NCBI GenBank assembly: GCA_000934665.2
Contig: JYFJ02002631.1
Span: forward strand, 1-54,196
Origin: Catajapyx aquilonaris
Taxonomy: Eukaryota
Length of the DNA stretch: 54,196 nucleotides
Reading direction: 5' to 3'
The stretch's first letter is position 1, and every line of letters starts with the position of its first letter. Below, one piece after another: positions 1 to 12,309 of this stretch. The position numbers and the translations under genes were made by a program. The notes under the pieces were generated by a model that searched no databases, had not been told where the DNA came from, and saw only the letters and a list, made by a program, of their open reading frames with translations.

Positions 1-269
1 CTCTATCAACAAAACAGTCCGCTTGCCTAGCTCCTCTCGCCTGACGCGTCTGAGCGCACCCGTTCCTTGTCTATGAACCCCCTCTAGATGGCGTTTCTGG
101 ACCATATTCCGGACACGGGTTCCTATGTCAAAAATACTTGTCTTGGTCCCTTCTATTACCCCTACAAGTTTGTCGATTGAATTCATTTGCACCCTGTATA
201 GATGGCATCCATATAGCAAGGGGGGGCCAGAAAACTAAAGGTGATCCCACCATTTCACCGCCACATGCA

Positions 270-450
270 GCTCGGGGTGGGGGTGGGGAGTCACGATCCC
301 CTTTCGTTTACTGGCTCCCCTTGAGATCTCTGGGCCATCTATATTCCAGTCCATATTGTAATCGCCGGACCTTAAAACATAGTAATGGTCAAATCTGTAC
401 ATGTTACCAGTTTTGAATAAAAATACACACAATGACTTAGGACTCAAACC
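270..450. mobile_element. Degenerate fragment of the MITE family found at 41.1-41.9 kb (one TIR arm)
   Basis: GGGGTGGGGAGTCACGATCCCCTTTCGTTTACTGGCTCCCC...ATTGTAATCGCCGGACCTTAAAAC...TGTTACCAGTTTTGAAT is colinear with 41730-41895 (GGGGGTCACGCTCACCTTTTGTTTCCCTGCCTCCC...ATTGTAATCGCCGGATCTTCAAAAC...TGTTACCGTTTTTGAAT). Confidence 0.7.
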
Positions 451-1806
451 TCAAGCAATATTGTGCCTGCGCTGCCAAAAAATTGTGATGAAATTGTGCT
501 GGCAAAATTAGAATGGCCTCCAACCAGTGTGATCTATGGATAACCTCCTGAAACTGAAGTACCTGATCTATTGCATCCATAACATGACAGGGATCAGTGA
601 CCTGAAATCATGAATGGAAGAGAATCTCTTTTTTTATTAACTTGGCAAGTCAGTCTATCCAGATCATATTTAAAATATTATTGATTAGTGTATTAAGTGA
701 TCACTATAGGCCAGGTCAGATGTAGGAAGAATCTCAGATTCAATTAATTTTATTTATTGATGACAACAATCAGGAAATGATGAATAAATCTGGGATTTTT
801 AATGCGTCTGACGGGGAGCAGTTGCCTTTTTTTTCAGTCGTACTGGAAATAAAAAATAAACATCCTAAGGAGTACACCATGTTGTTTGAAAAAGAGTGAC
901 TAACCTTTACACTTATTTTGCGGCCCTTTCTCTTACTTATAGGCAATGACAATAAATTTATTGGTAAATTTGTAACTCAGAGGCTGTGGACCAGACATTT
1001 CAGAATTATCATCTGATACGTAAGGGAGAGTGTAGAGGAATATATGACTCGACTATTTTTCTCAAGGTGTGAAACTAAAGGTTCTTGTCACCATGACATA
1101 GTGGCACCAGCTGACCCAATTCTCCCTGAAGAAATGCAATGTATGATGTAACTGTCTTTGTGAAACTGGCATGAAGAAACTGATTTATGCCACTGCATTT
1201 GAGATTTCTGATATCCCAATCTTTACTCTGTTCCTCAACCACTGCATTATTCCAAATCATTGACAGTTACGTGTGACTTGGAAGTTATCATGAAGCTCTG
1301 ATGGGTTGTTAATACACAAATTCATTTTAAATTGAAGTTTAATCACATGTATCACTGTTGTGCTACTGGCATGATCAAGGTCAAGATACCAAGCATTTGG
1401 GAATGAGTTCTGCTGATCATGAGTATCTATGGGTGTGTGTGAGCATCCAGCCTCCAGTGTACTCGTCAAGTAAAAGTGTAGGGGATGTTATGTTACAATG
1501 ACCAATAATTATGTATGTGACTTAACATTTGCTGAATACAAGCAGCCACTAGTGTTGTAAAAAAAAGCCGGAAATTTTGACTGCCAGAAAAAAACGCTTT
1601 TTTGGGAAAATAGGTTTTCCCCCAAACATATTAATTTTTTTCACAATTTTTGGGGATTTTTTTTGCACAGTATCTCTCAAGTTCTTATCATATCCCACTA
1701 TTCAGAAAAGTCAATCACTGCAACCTGGCATTGTAGTTGTTGTGTTCTACAGCATTTTCTTTCAAAATATGCGATACTTAAAAGTAGAATTGAACTTCAA
1801 TTGCAG

Positions 1807-3303
1807 GCAGGATGTGTAAGACCATCCCTGGACTGGAAAAAAGAGCTCCAACACGATCCACGTAAAGGTGGACTGAAGGAACTGTACCGGGACTGCCACC
1901 TATATGAAAAACTGAATGATTCCTCCGCTGGTGGCAGTAAGTTAGCACACGAGAACTAATATTAGAATCAGTTTCACAACAGGGGCAGATGTGGTCACAA
2001 TGATGTAGGCACAAATCCAGCTCATTTCCCACTACAGTCAGTCACATCATGTTGTTGCAACCATGTCTCAAGCGCATCTGCCCCCGTAGTTTAATAGCAT
2101 GTGTAGTTTAGATTTGGGCATTGGATAAATGCTGTTTCAGGCCACCACAAGTACAAGGTCTACAAAGATGCGGAGCTCATGCACCCATTCCAGCTGTTCA
2201 ACAGCAGCATTGACAATGCCATCATCTGGCCATCATCAAGAGATAGCTTCTTTTTTTTCCGCGCTGTGGTTGTTGACCCTCAGTACAGGTTGGAAACTAT
2301 ACAAATGTTCTTTATTTACTACACTGTTCTATTTTGTTACATTACTAAAAGCTGGATCATTTCACAGTTTCTGTGAAGTTCAGACTTACTTTACTGTAAA
2401 ACTGATTGGATATCCGGTGCAAAAGAGTGGCATCCCATATCAAGTAGCTATGATCATGATCGTGTTTGTCATCGTTTGTTTGCTTATCTGCTACTGGTGG
2501 TACTCGAGGAATTTCAGAGAAACACTCGCTATTCAGCAACAGGAAGCAGAGGCTATGAGAGAGGAAAACAAACGTGTGGTGGGTGTGCCAACAACTTTTT
2601 TCATACCAATATGTTTGTAGTTAGCACATGACAGTATAATAGGGTGTGGTGAGGGGTAGTCAGTCACTTTGGAGGTCACTGTACACTTTGCTGGAAAGTT
2701 CACACTTATTCTGAATGAATGAACTCATTTACAAGTTGGAGGTAGAAAAGCTCAAAATGTCTCTGTGGGACTTACGTAAATTGGGAGTGAATTATAACTT
2801 CAGGGGGTGGATTCATCAAATGTCGTAGTTCAAATTTTCGTCGTAACCGATTGTAACCTTAGTTACCTTATAAGGTAAGGTAACCCATGGTTACGACCGG
2901 TTATGACTAAAATTTAACGTACGACATTTGATGAATCCACCCCAGGTCATTTACCACTTGGGCAAGGTTTGGGCATAATCTAATTAATGTTTTTTTCAAT
3001 GCAAATTTTGATTGATAGACTCGAGGCATGAGAGTTCCAGAGGTAACCCGAGGTAACCTATAAGGAATGATTCAGCCCTGTTTCCCATTGCATGCCTCTC
3101 CTTGTCAGATCTTATGATGCTGTGCCATTAGAACGAGTGCATTTTAAAAGTCTTTTGAGGTAATGGTGAAACATTATCACTGATGTGTGGGCATTTTAAA
3201 AACTTATTAGGTGCTGGCGCGATTGCTATCTCAAGATCACCTGAAGATGGAGATGGAGAGAGTAGCTAAAGAAAAAAGGAAGAGCCACGTGAAGGAAGAC
3301 TGA
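1807..3303 (+). CDS. CATSPERE: 3' exons of a CatSper auxiliary subunit epsilon/delta-like single-pass membrane protein (5' end probably outside the window)
   Basis: Exons 1807-1936, 2141-2288 and 2368-2578 join in frame through GT-AG introns (phases 1 and 2): AGCVRPSLDWKKELQHDPRKGGLKELYRDCHLYEKLNDSSAGGS|HHKYKVYKDAELMHPFQLFNSSIDNAIIWPSSRDSFFFFRAVVVDPQYS|FCEVQTYFTVKLIGYP...QVAMIMIVFVIVCLLICYWWYSRNFRE. This fits my recollection of the CATSPERE C-terminus (GC..W..ENYxxC; PYEIxNSSNGNHIFWP; YVFRVKILDPNYSFC; TM helix then SYFRY). The terminal exon is uncertain: candidate 3211-3303 (VLARLLSQDHLKMEMERVAKEKRKSHVKED*), with AATAAA near 3427. Confidence 0.72.
2804..2943. mobile_element. Palindromic 140-bp MITE (PIF/Harbinger-like termini) in an intron
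   Basis: GGGGTGGATTCATCAAATGTCGTA...TACGACATTTGATGAATCCACCCC. Almost the whole element is self-complementary. The TSD is ambiguous. Confidence 0.8.
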
Positions 3304-3988
3304 TGTGAGCAGGTGGCTGACTAATGACTGAATTGGACTGAAGTCTGGAATTCAGTCTGGATGCAGTTCATGAAAGAGAAAGTTTTCACAGAATTGTTTT
3401 CAATTTTGTTCTGGGTTTCTTTGTCTAATAAATTGAAGGGAAGAAAAGAAAGCTTGTTGACCAAAGGTTATCTTACCTAGGATGTGCCATGGTTTAGTTG
3501 CCTGTGTGACCCGAGCGGTTAGGTACACACAGTAAATAGTCAGTGGGTTCAGTTCTGTCATCCTCTTTAATGTGTTATCTTACAAACATTTAGTGAAAGG
3601 GAAAAAGGATATCAAGGTGGGGTGGGGCACGACCAGTCCCCCGGGATATTGTCCCGGGGAAAAGGCCTGGAGTGAAACAATTCACTCCCTTATATAGCAG
3701 AGTACAGTGCATTGTGGGTGGAAGCACAAGGAAAAGTCACGTGACATAATGCTGGCAGAAAGTAAGAGTGAAACGAATGGGGTAATCAAATATGTACTGA
3801 TATAAAGGTGATGCAAGGTAGCATCAGACTGCATTGAACTGTAGGACGTTTAGACATAGTAAAACCGGTACGGTCACACCTGTCTGTCATATTCTGAACA
3901 GAAATTTGCTTATGATTGAAAGGTTTTTCTGAATCAAGTGATTCTTATTCCCACTGGTTTCACTGCAATTATTGTTCATTTAGGTATA

Positions 3989-4106
3989 TAGTCTGGTGAC
4001 CCGGGGTAGCTTGCCCCCTGGGGTAACTGGTTGTTTACTGCTATCCTCTTACATATGCTGCCATGGTGATTGCCCCCGGGATAGCTTACCCTGGGTCACT
4101 AGACTA
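3989..4106. mobile_element. Short MITE with ~23-bp imperfect TIRs
   Basis: TAGTCTGGTGACCCGGGGTAGCT...AGCTTACCCTGGGTCACTAGACTA. Confidence 0.7.
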
Positions 4107-4309
4107 GGGGCCTTATGCAACACCTGGTTTCATCCACCATACACAATACAAGTCATGTGAAGAGCAAATGTTACTTTTCTCAATTTCATTTGAGATACCA
4201 AATCTGCGTGACTGCTATTGAAGTGTTGGTGGGAAATATGAATAAATCATTACTTCATGCATACATGTGCCTATTTATTGGTCATATTGGATCGTGAATA
4301 CCTGGTGCA

Positions 4310-6121
4310 CTACTCCTCTTTGCTTGCTTTGGAAGGAGATTCTTCTTCTTCTTCCTCTTCGTCGTCCTCTTCCACCTCACCTGCTGGTTTCCACTGGCCA
4401 ATCATGATGGTGCTAGTGACTAGCACAGCCGCAATCTGCAAAGTACATACATCGATGTAAAGTTCCATGTCTTTACCTAGTGTAAGTAAATTATGATAGA
4501 ACTTGCCGATGTCAGAAGTGGCCGTGATAAACTGAAGACGCCGGATGCCGTGATGCGGATGGGAGGTCCTGACATTTGCTGGATCGTCGCCTTGACCTCT
4601 TCCTTAAGTTCTGGACCGAGGCTACCAATGCGCAACTTCATGAGGTCATGTGCAGGGGATCTGGCCTCACGGGCGATGCCATCGGAGGCACTGACCATTA
4701 CCCAAAATCGGATGAAGTACGTCATAGTGATTACCGCAAAGAAGATTCTGAACGTGGTCCTTTCATGATCTTTCCAGTACAGGACCAGAAGGCTAACACC
4801 TAGTCGGAAAATCAGACCCGTGATGTGGATTATCATTGCTGGCCCGTATATGGAGCTAACCTTGTTGGCTATCTCTGCTAGTTCCTGCAATGGAGTTAAT
4901 AATAGAGTGACAGTTATCAGAACTCGAATACTCAGAAGCTGGGTAGTGGTATTACCATGTGAATGAGTCTGGCCTGAAACAGGTGCTTGGCTGTGTCCCT
5001 TTCGTCAACGAATAACGCATTTGACATGAAATTGGGAAGTACGAGTCGAGGAGGCGCTTTCTCCTCTTCTGCAGCCGCCTCTGTGTCGACTTTTGAGCTT
5101 CCTATCCGGAGGCTCTCGGGGGGCTGTTGAAAACTGGCCAACAGATGTCTCGTTCCGTGGCCGAGTATGGAGAACCTGCGTCTGATAGCATCTGCCAAGA
5201 AGATGACTTGCAACGCGATGGCCGCATCCATCATTTCTCCAAACCCGAGGCAGAGAGCAAAGGCGTAGTCGCCAATGTTTTCCTTCAATGGGAAGTCCTT
5301 CTTGAACTTGAAGATGTACCGACCCAGAACGAATCCCATGGGAAGAGTGCCCAGGCCAGCCAAAATCCTTCCTTCCCACACCATTGCCGAGTTGACTTGA
5401 GGGCTTAATGACTCGTCCACTTCCTGCAGCTAAACATTTTGCAGGTTTTAAGTTTGACATACCACATAATATAGGGTATATAGGTAATTATGCCCTCAGT
5501 TCATCAGGCACTCAACAAGCGAAGAAAATTTACAGAAGGTCGTGATTGTTGCTTTTATTTAAACTACTACCTAAAGTGATCAATGCATCACATGCACAAT
5601 GTATAATGTGCTGTACTTACCTTTAAAAGAAGCCTGCATATGCTCTTGTACTTTCCCTGCATGACGGCATAGTTGGCCACTGCTGAGATTCCAACAGCAA
5701 TGTAGGACAGCACAGCACTGTAATAGTCGAACCAGTGCATTTCCTCCAATAGGTCGAAGAGAACAGGCCAGTGTTGGTGCCACACGAAGAAAGTTTGTCC
5801 CAATGTTGCTATTGGAACCAGCGGCGTCAAGAACTCCCTGGACGTCCATCTCTTTGAGCTGGCCGATGCGGAGGACGCTGGCAAGAGCTTCTGAGGGATG
5901 AGCCATTTGGCTGGAAATACTCCTAGGAGAGAAGATATAGCTGCCACAGGGAAGAAGGCCCCGAAGACTGTCGTGGGTTTCGGGCTTTCCTTCTCAGGCA
6001 GAACTTCATCTCCAAGTGATGCTCCTTCTGGTTGCTGGCCAAAGTAAGAGGCGTCGTCACACGTGGAATCCCGACGCTCTATCACCTGGATCACGGAGCT
6101 GTCCAATTTCGTGCCCGCCAT
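4310..6121 (-). CDS. Gustatory receptor GR1 (divergent; 4 exons)
   Basis: Exons 6121-5621, 5423-4956, 4884-4507 and 4435-4310, all phase 0. The last intron uses a GC donor (TCG|GCAAGT). Motifs: LLGVFPAK, PPIRITASGVFSLSRPLLTS, and a divergent TM7 IAAVLVTSTIMIGQW followed by an acidic tail. Confidence 0.88.
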
Positions 6122-6685
6122 ATGTACAGCGCTCCAATGTCAAAAGAGGCACGAATTGTTTCTCTCCGTTGGGGGAGGTCCAGCGCACCGTGAGAATGTA
6201 CCCAGCTGAAACTTTTGGATTCGGACCACCCTAATGCGGTTTTGAGGTCCGTAAGCACGTTTGAAATATGGACGAGGGCCATTACAGGTCTTGCACGTGT
6301 GTTGTTCTCATTGGGTTTCGAAAGATTTATTTGGATTGCTTTGACCTTTATTAATATTTGGCGCAGTCTGATTTCTGACATGCAGGGTTTTTTTGCCATT
6401 TTCGCCATTTTCGCCATTTCGATATTTTTGATTAATTTCGTGGTGCATTTATTATCACATTAGCTATAACAATGCCAATAGGGGAACGTGATTTTACCAG
6501 GAAAGGGGAGCCGAAAAATATATTATTTTCCTGGGAATAGCAAATACTTGTCGATGCTTTTTATAGGGGACAGCTAGTGATATGTAACTAATATCCCTAA
6601 TAATTGTAACTACATGCAGTAGTGCTCTGCCTCAATTAAATAATTATATTCTGTACAGTAGGGCCTAGTTTGAAACCTTGGAGGA

Positions 6686-8099
6686 TCAGTGAGCTGCAGT
6701 AGAAGAATTGCCGGTGTTTACAGGCCCTGTAGTCTCGCCCGTCTTGAACTGAACAAGAACCACCAGATAAGTTGTAATAGCTCCTCCTATCTGAAATGAA
6801 ATGAGCTAGGAGAATGTGCAAAGTTTTCGAGAAACACAAAGTTTGGTCTGCGCAAGGGTCTGCGCAGCATTTTCCGGACGCTAATAAACACTAAAACACT
6901 ATATAGAGACATGCCAGTGTTGTGAATAATGCATAATAAATTTAGTATATTCTGACATTATGAAGAAATCAGGACTCACCGAAGTAAGCAGACTGCGGTT
7001 AATTGGAAAGAAGTTGGCTGCCGTGATAGTTGGAGGATCAACGTAGAGTTTGTGCATCAGCATTGCGATCTCTTTGCGACAATCAGGACTCAGTTGACAC
7101 CAGCTAGCTTGCTGCAAGTGCTTCAGTGTGGATCTGGCCTGGATGAAAAAAAAAATGATGAGACTCGACATCGCATTATTTGATTAGAGGTTGGAATGTA
7201 ACCTCTTCGGAGAGCTGTTCCGACATGAGGGCGGGAATGGAGAGTGACACTAATCCACATGCCAGAAGTATGATCTTCTCATGGACGGATCCAGCACTCG
7301 ACGAATAAAAAATGAGGATGTAGCTGATGCACACCACTTGAAATAAGTTTTGAAGGTACATGATGAGGAGTATCCAACCATAAGTGTCGCTCACCATGTC
7401 TACGATCCAGCTAATCTCCAAATGACACCGACAGAAATGCGCTAATTGGTAAGGAGGACATGTAGCCAATCTCTGATTGACACCCCTGAAAAGACGTCTC
7501 AAAGCACTTGCAATGAATATTACGTGAAGTGTCGGAGTGACATTCATGACGTTGCTGATGGTAACCACAACTTTCCACGGGATTGGCGCTAATGCCAGGA
7601 GTGTCCACATATTCCAGCAAGGTACAGCGACTAGGAGAGTTATCATAATGAACATGCTCATCCTTCTGATGAATGAACTTGTTTCATTCACATTGAACCT
7701 ATTTTCGAAACCGTGTATTTCGACACAGAGACGACAAAGGCGGGAAGTGATCAAAGACATATACAAGGTGGTAACAAAATTGCAACCACAAACAAGTATG
7801 TAGTGAGGGATTTGCATGTATGATATTACCCAGTCGTTCATTGGATCTTCGAACTTGGTCCTGTACACAAAAGTGGTGATTCCTGATCCAAGGAGGCACA
7901 GCAAGTATATGGTTTGGTAGAGGTGATCTAAGCTTGGAAAAGTGCATGTCGGGAGGCCAAGATTGGTGATCACATTCTTGGCTGGGAACATGCCTAGAAG
8001 CTTAGACACGATTAGAATTGGACGGATGCTATCCAGGAATGCGCTTGACGACGAGTATTTCTTCTGTGTCGGTACGAAGAGCGGATTAATGTTCGTCAT
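6686..8099 (-). CDS. Gustatory receptor GR2 (3 exons)
   Basis: Exons 8099-7203, 7138-6980 (159 nt) and 6790-6686. Motifs: IRPILIVSKLLGMFPAKN, PPTITAANFFPINRSLLTS, IGGAITTYLVVLVQF. Confidence 0.93.
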
Positions 8100-8535
8100 G
8101 GCTTAATTTTGTGTGAAGCTTGACGTAATGGTACGGTCAGAATATATTCAAGTGCTGCAGGCTAATGGTCACCTTCCTTTATCGAATCATGTCACTAATT
8201 TTTCCGTTACTTTACATTAAGGCCTGATATTTCCTGACATTTCTCTTTAGTCATTAGTCAGCTGCCATTCATTGCAACAAGCCGCACTTATTCTCCGTCA
8301 TGGTCTTGACATTCTTTTTCGAAGCCCGCGTGGAACACTTACGTCATTTGAAGACAAATGGCACCTTTAATGAAATAAATAATATTTGTACTGGAACAGC
8401 TGCCAAAGAGTAGGAGCTACGTACAGTACTAGCAAAATCACAAAAGGAATCACTGTACGCTTTTCTCTCAATTTACGGTTAGTTATGATAATTATAATTT
8501 AAAACGTGTTGTGTTGTATGTAATATTAATTGCTG

Positions 8536-9387
8536 CTATATGTAATTACTCATTTTGAACTGGACAAATATGACCATTTAACTGGTGAGAAGCTCGGCTA
8601 CCTGTAACAAAAATTTGAAGTGACGTAAGGTGCACTATACCACAGATGCACAGATGAGATTATGCAAGAGCACTGCTTTAGCAACGATTACGTGTCCCCC
8701 AAATTACTCATTGTCCCTATCCACAAATGACACAAATTGCTGTGAGGGCAAGACTGTGTATATTTATAAGTGCAAAATGTAGGACCTTACCTCACGATAA
8801 AACGCTATGAATGAGTCATGCTGATTAGCTGTTTAACAAATAAACGCTTCTATATTTATCCAGGTAACATGCAACGTTTAGTGTTACTAATTGACAACTA
8901 TGCGCCGAACCAACATATAGACATCTGAATCAACATGGTTTCGAAACTCCTGGAACAACCCAACATCTGTGTGTAGAAAGCTGGCCTTTTCTATACCTTA
9001 GCAAATTCTATTGCGTGCACTAGATAAACTCATCATCGAGTCATGCCAAAGAAACCATCAGTCTTAATCACTGGCATGTCATCGAGGTAGGTGTTTGCAA
9101 AAGACACTCTAGACAACCGATGGTCAGTCCTCGCATAACTATCATAGCACCAGCTACCTTGAGATACACATGAATTAGAGAGGGTTAATCATTCATTAAT
9201 GAAGGTCAATACGTAGCTATGTGAAAACTCAAATACAGCGTACTGCACTGCTACAATAAGGAAGCCACCAACAGACATTTGACACAGTTAATTTAGGATC
9301 AATGTTTTTATTATTTAGGAATCTGTCCTGTTGGACTAGCGTGCCAATATGATTAACTTTTGATGATGTTGTTGCCTTGTCAGTCAT
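8536..9387 (-). pseudogene. Heavily decayed GR2/GR3-like pseudogene
   Basis: Terminal exon 8601-8536, behind a TTTTGTTACAG acceptor, reads VAELLTS*MVIFVQFKMSNYI*, with a stop at the conserved Tyr. Upstream remnants are DRFLNNKNIDPKLTVSNVCWWLP (cf. AFLDSIRPILIVSKLLGMFP) and TLHV..KRLF..ANQH near 8877-8820 (cf. GR2 PTLHV..RRLFRGVNQR), with many stops. The terminal exon is convincing; the 5' boundary is tentative. Confidence 0.62.
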
Positions 9388-9544
9388 CGTAAGGTTACTG
9401 ATGTCTGTTGTACAGTATACAACACGCAATACATCCTTCTATGCTCTTAGACACCTGTGTATTTACAAAAACTATTATCAGGAAATCGAATCGCACTAAT
9501 TGCTCGATACTCATTAAGCACATTACCCTTACAATAGGGCTCCC

Positions 9545-10904
9545 TCATAATGTGGAATTGGAAAAATGTCGATCCAACGAGGTGACGCCTGCAGCACTGT
9601 CGTCGGCACTCATTTTGAACTGAACTAGAATTACCAAGTATGTCGTGATGGTCCCTGCGACCTGGAAAAAGGAAATAATGGGTAAACCATCACACTTTCT
9701 TCCAGTGGTAACGTACAGATGTTAAGAGGCTTCTGTTGATGCTGAAGAAGCTTCCTGCAGTGATGACTGGAGGTTCGTGGCTGAGCCTGTGCTGGAGAAC
9801 TTTGACTTCTTCACGACAATCGAGGCTGAGTTGGCTGAGGCTGACATTTTCCAGGTCCGACATAGCAGAATTTGCCTGAAATAGAGCGACAAATCACTTA
9901 AACTATGCAAAATTTGTGCAAGGCATACTCACGTGATGCGGAATGTTTCCAAAAAGATAAGTGTCAAGAATAAAACGGAACGTCATGACAATTAGCCTCG
10001 TTGGTGTTCCTGATCGCATCTTCTTGTTGATGACATCAACGATAACTCTGTACAGCATGGTCACCATGGTCAGAAACATCGTTCCGTAGTGAACCAGCAG
10101 AATCATCCCATACTCCTGGCTGATGGACTGGACCTCTTGAGTCAGCCATGAATGCAGCAGAGCACAACGTTCCAGCTCCTGAACACTCACAAGCGTTGGT
10201 ACCCTTATTCTGGACATGTCTTCTACAGAAACTGACTTGGACGGTAATTTCCCCGCAACTTGAGCGATGCTCTCATTGACCTTCTTCAGCATCACTGCTG
10301 TGATTTGAGCCAAGAGGGTCACGAACGCGAGATTGGCAAAGCACATCATCTCGAAGGTAACAAGCCCAACAAAGTACAGGGTTTTAGACAAGTTTCCTTC
10401 AAGTCCTCTGGACATAAACTGGATTATGTACACTACCGCAGCGATAACAATAGAGGCGAAGATTCCTCGTCCAGTTCTCCTGACATCATCCCGAACAGGA
10501 AGATACTCAAAAATTTGTTCCAATTTGGTAAGTATTTGACAAGTTCCTGATGAAGCCTGGGTCATCATGCACATGCAGAGGGTGGCTGTGATGGAGATCA
10601 CAAGAGGATAAGCCAGACCTACCAACACATCTGTCCATGCTGACACTTCAAGCTTCTTACGAATTCTTTCAGACGTGTAGGTGCAATAAAACGCTGCTGT
10701 TGCCAATACTAGTGACCAAAAATTCTCCCTGCTGGGAAAAGAGCTTCTCAAAGGACGTCCACGACCGAAAATAACATTTTTCACAGGAAACACTCCAAGA
10801 ATCTTGCACGTAACCAACACTGAGCGAATGCACCGCAAAAATTCGTTCTTATTGGTATGTCCTCGTTCAGGAGCTACCTGAATGATCCGGTTGGTAAACT
10901 TCAT
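9545..10904 (-). CDS. Gustatory receptor GR3 (3 exons)
   Basis: Exons 10904-9933, 9875-9717 (159 nt) and 9661-9545. Motifs: CKILGVFPVKNV, PPVITAGSFFSINRSLLTS, VAGTITTYLVILVQF. Confidence 0.93.
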
Positions 10905-12309
10905 GTTTCTGAGTGATACACACCCTTTCTCATCACTGTCTGTTCAGATATTTGCCACGAGTGGTTGGGAACATTGATTAATTATTTACTGAAGCAGAAC
11001 AATGACCTGACGCATTGATCATGACAATTTTATGCGCAACACAAAAAAAACCCGGAAAAAGTGTGTTTTACCTGAGGAGCAGCCTACACACGAATCGCAC
11101 ATTATGCTTTACATTATGCACAAGACTGGCCCACTGCATGAACTCACATGTCGAAACTTGTTTTAATCATGTGACAGTCACGGGTGGACGTTGGGTTTCG
11201 TATTGGCATGCTACTTCCTGTCTGGTGAGATATAAAAAGAACGAAATATATAGTGGCAAAGAGGGTCAATTTGTTCGTAAAGGCCAGTTCAGCCAACTTC
11301 TGGCTATCGGCATTAATGAAAGGTACAGCTAATTACATAGCTCACAATGCATGATGAATATAAAGAAGGCATATGACTTAGCACTACCGTGAAAAAAGGT
11401 TTTGCGCTGCTTATCCCTGATCCATTAGTGTGGAGGTAAGTGGTTCCAAGTTCACATGCAAACTCCACAAATGAGTATGTTAATTCATTAACATCATCAA
11501 TGTAATTTTCCGGAGGGTCTACTCTAGAGAAGTCACTGTCGCGTGACTGCATATTATATAGTAATGCCCTCGACGCCCATTTTCCTGGAATGAATTTGAT
11601 ATGAACAATAGGAAAAAAGAGGCTGTAAATTAAAGGGATTTTATACAATTCTGATATTACAAGGTGGTGTAAGTTCTTTATTGAGTTCAGTGCAGATGAA
11701 AAATGGGTTTTCCATTTTCCCACAGTGCTACAATCACTTCTATATAGTGTACCAGGTATCAGGAAGTCAGAATGGTCTTGGCATAAATATGGCACACTCT
11801 GAACACTACGTATACAATATTTTCTACATTTTAAAAACTATTACATAAATGTGTCTGTTAATGTGTGAATTGTACCGAAATTGTGAGGAACCTACATGTT
11901 GTTGGAAGGAAAATGTGGATTTGTGAATTGCAGGGTGTCCCAATATTGTTTGGTACTAAATATGGTCTTAAAGAGGAGAATTAAATATGATTTGGTGTAC
12001 AATTAACAATGATTAGAATGGAAACACTGAATTGGCTGGTAATAGGCGACGAACTTATATTATCTAGTGGCTATAGTTTGAGAAGGATTTATATCATTTG
12101 CAATACGATAATAATATGGAATAGTCAGTGTGCAAATTCGAAAACCTGCAAAGTGCTTGTTTGAATTATTAAAATAGAATTTATGCGGATTTATGCTGCC
12201 TGAGAGGAGAATATTAATATATTATGACTGGATTTCAGATCAATCTTATAACAACGCATCACCATTCAGAGAGTAGTAGTTACTGCCGAGTAGGGCATGG
12301 AGTAGGGTT

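Noticed and set aside
772..1500. Short open frames upstream of the CatSper-like exons (e.g. MMNKSGIFNASDGEQLPFFSVVLEIKNKHPKEY)
   Set aside because: No recognisable CatSper motif and no convincing in-frame splice path to 1807; treated as intron.
6091..6417. ORF starting MAKMAKMAKK
   Set aside because: Produced by a 9-bp tandem repeat (TTCGCCATT x3) upstream of GR1; no protein features.
11313..11795. 160-aa minus-strand ORF between GR3 and GR4
   Set aside because: Non-ATG start, no GR or transposase motifs and no supporting splice structure.
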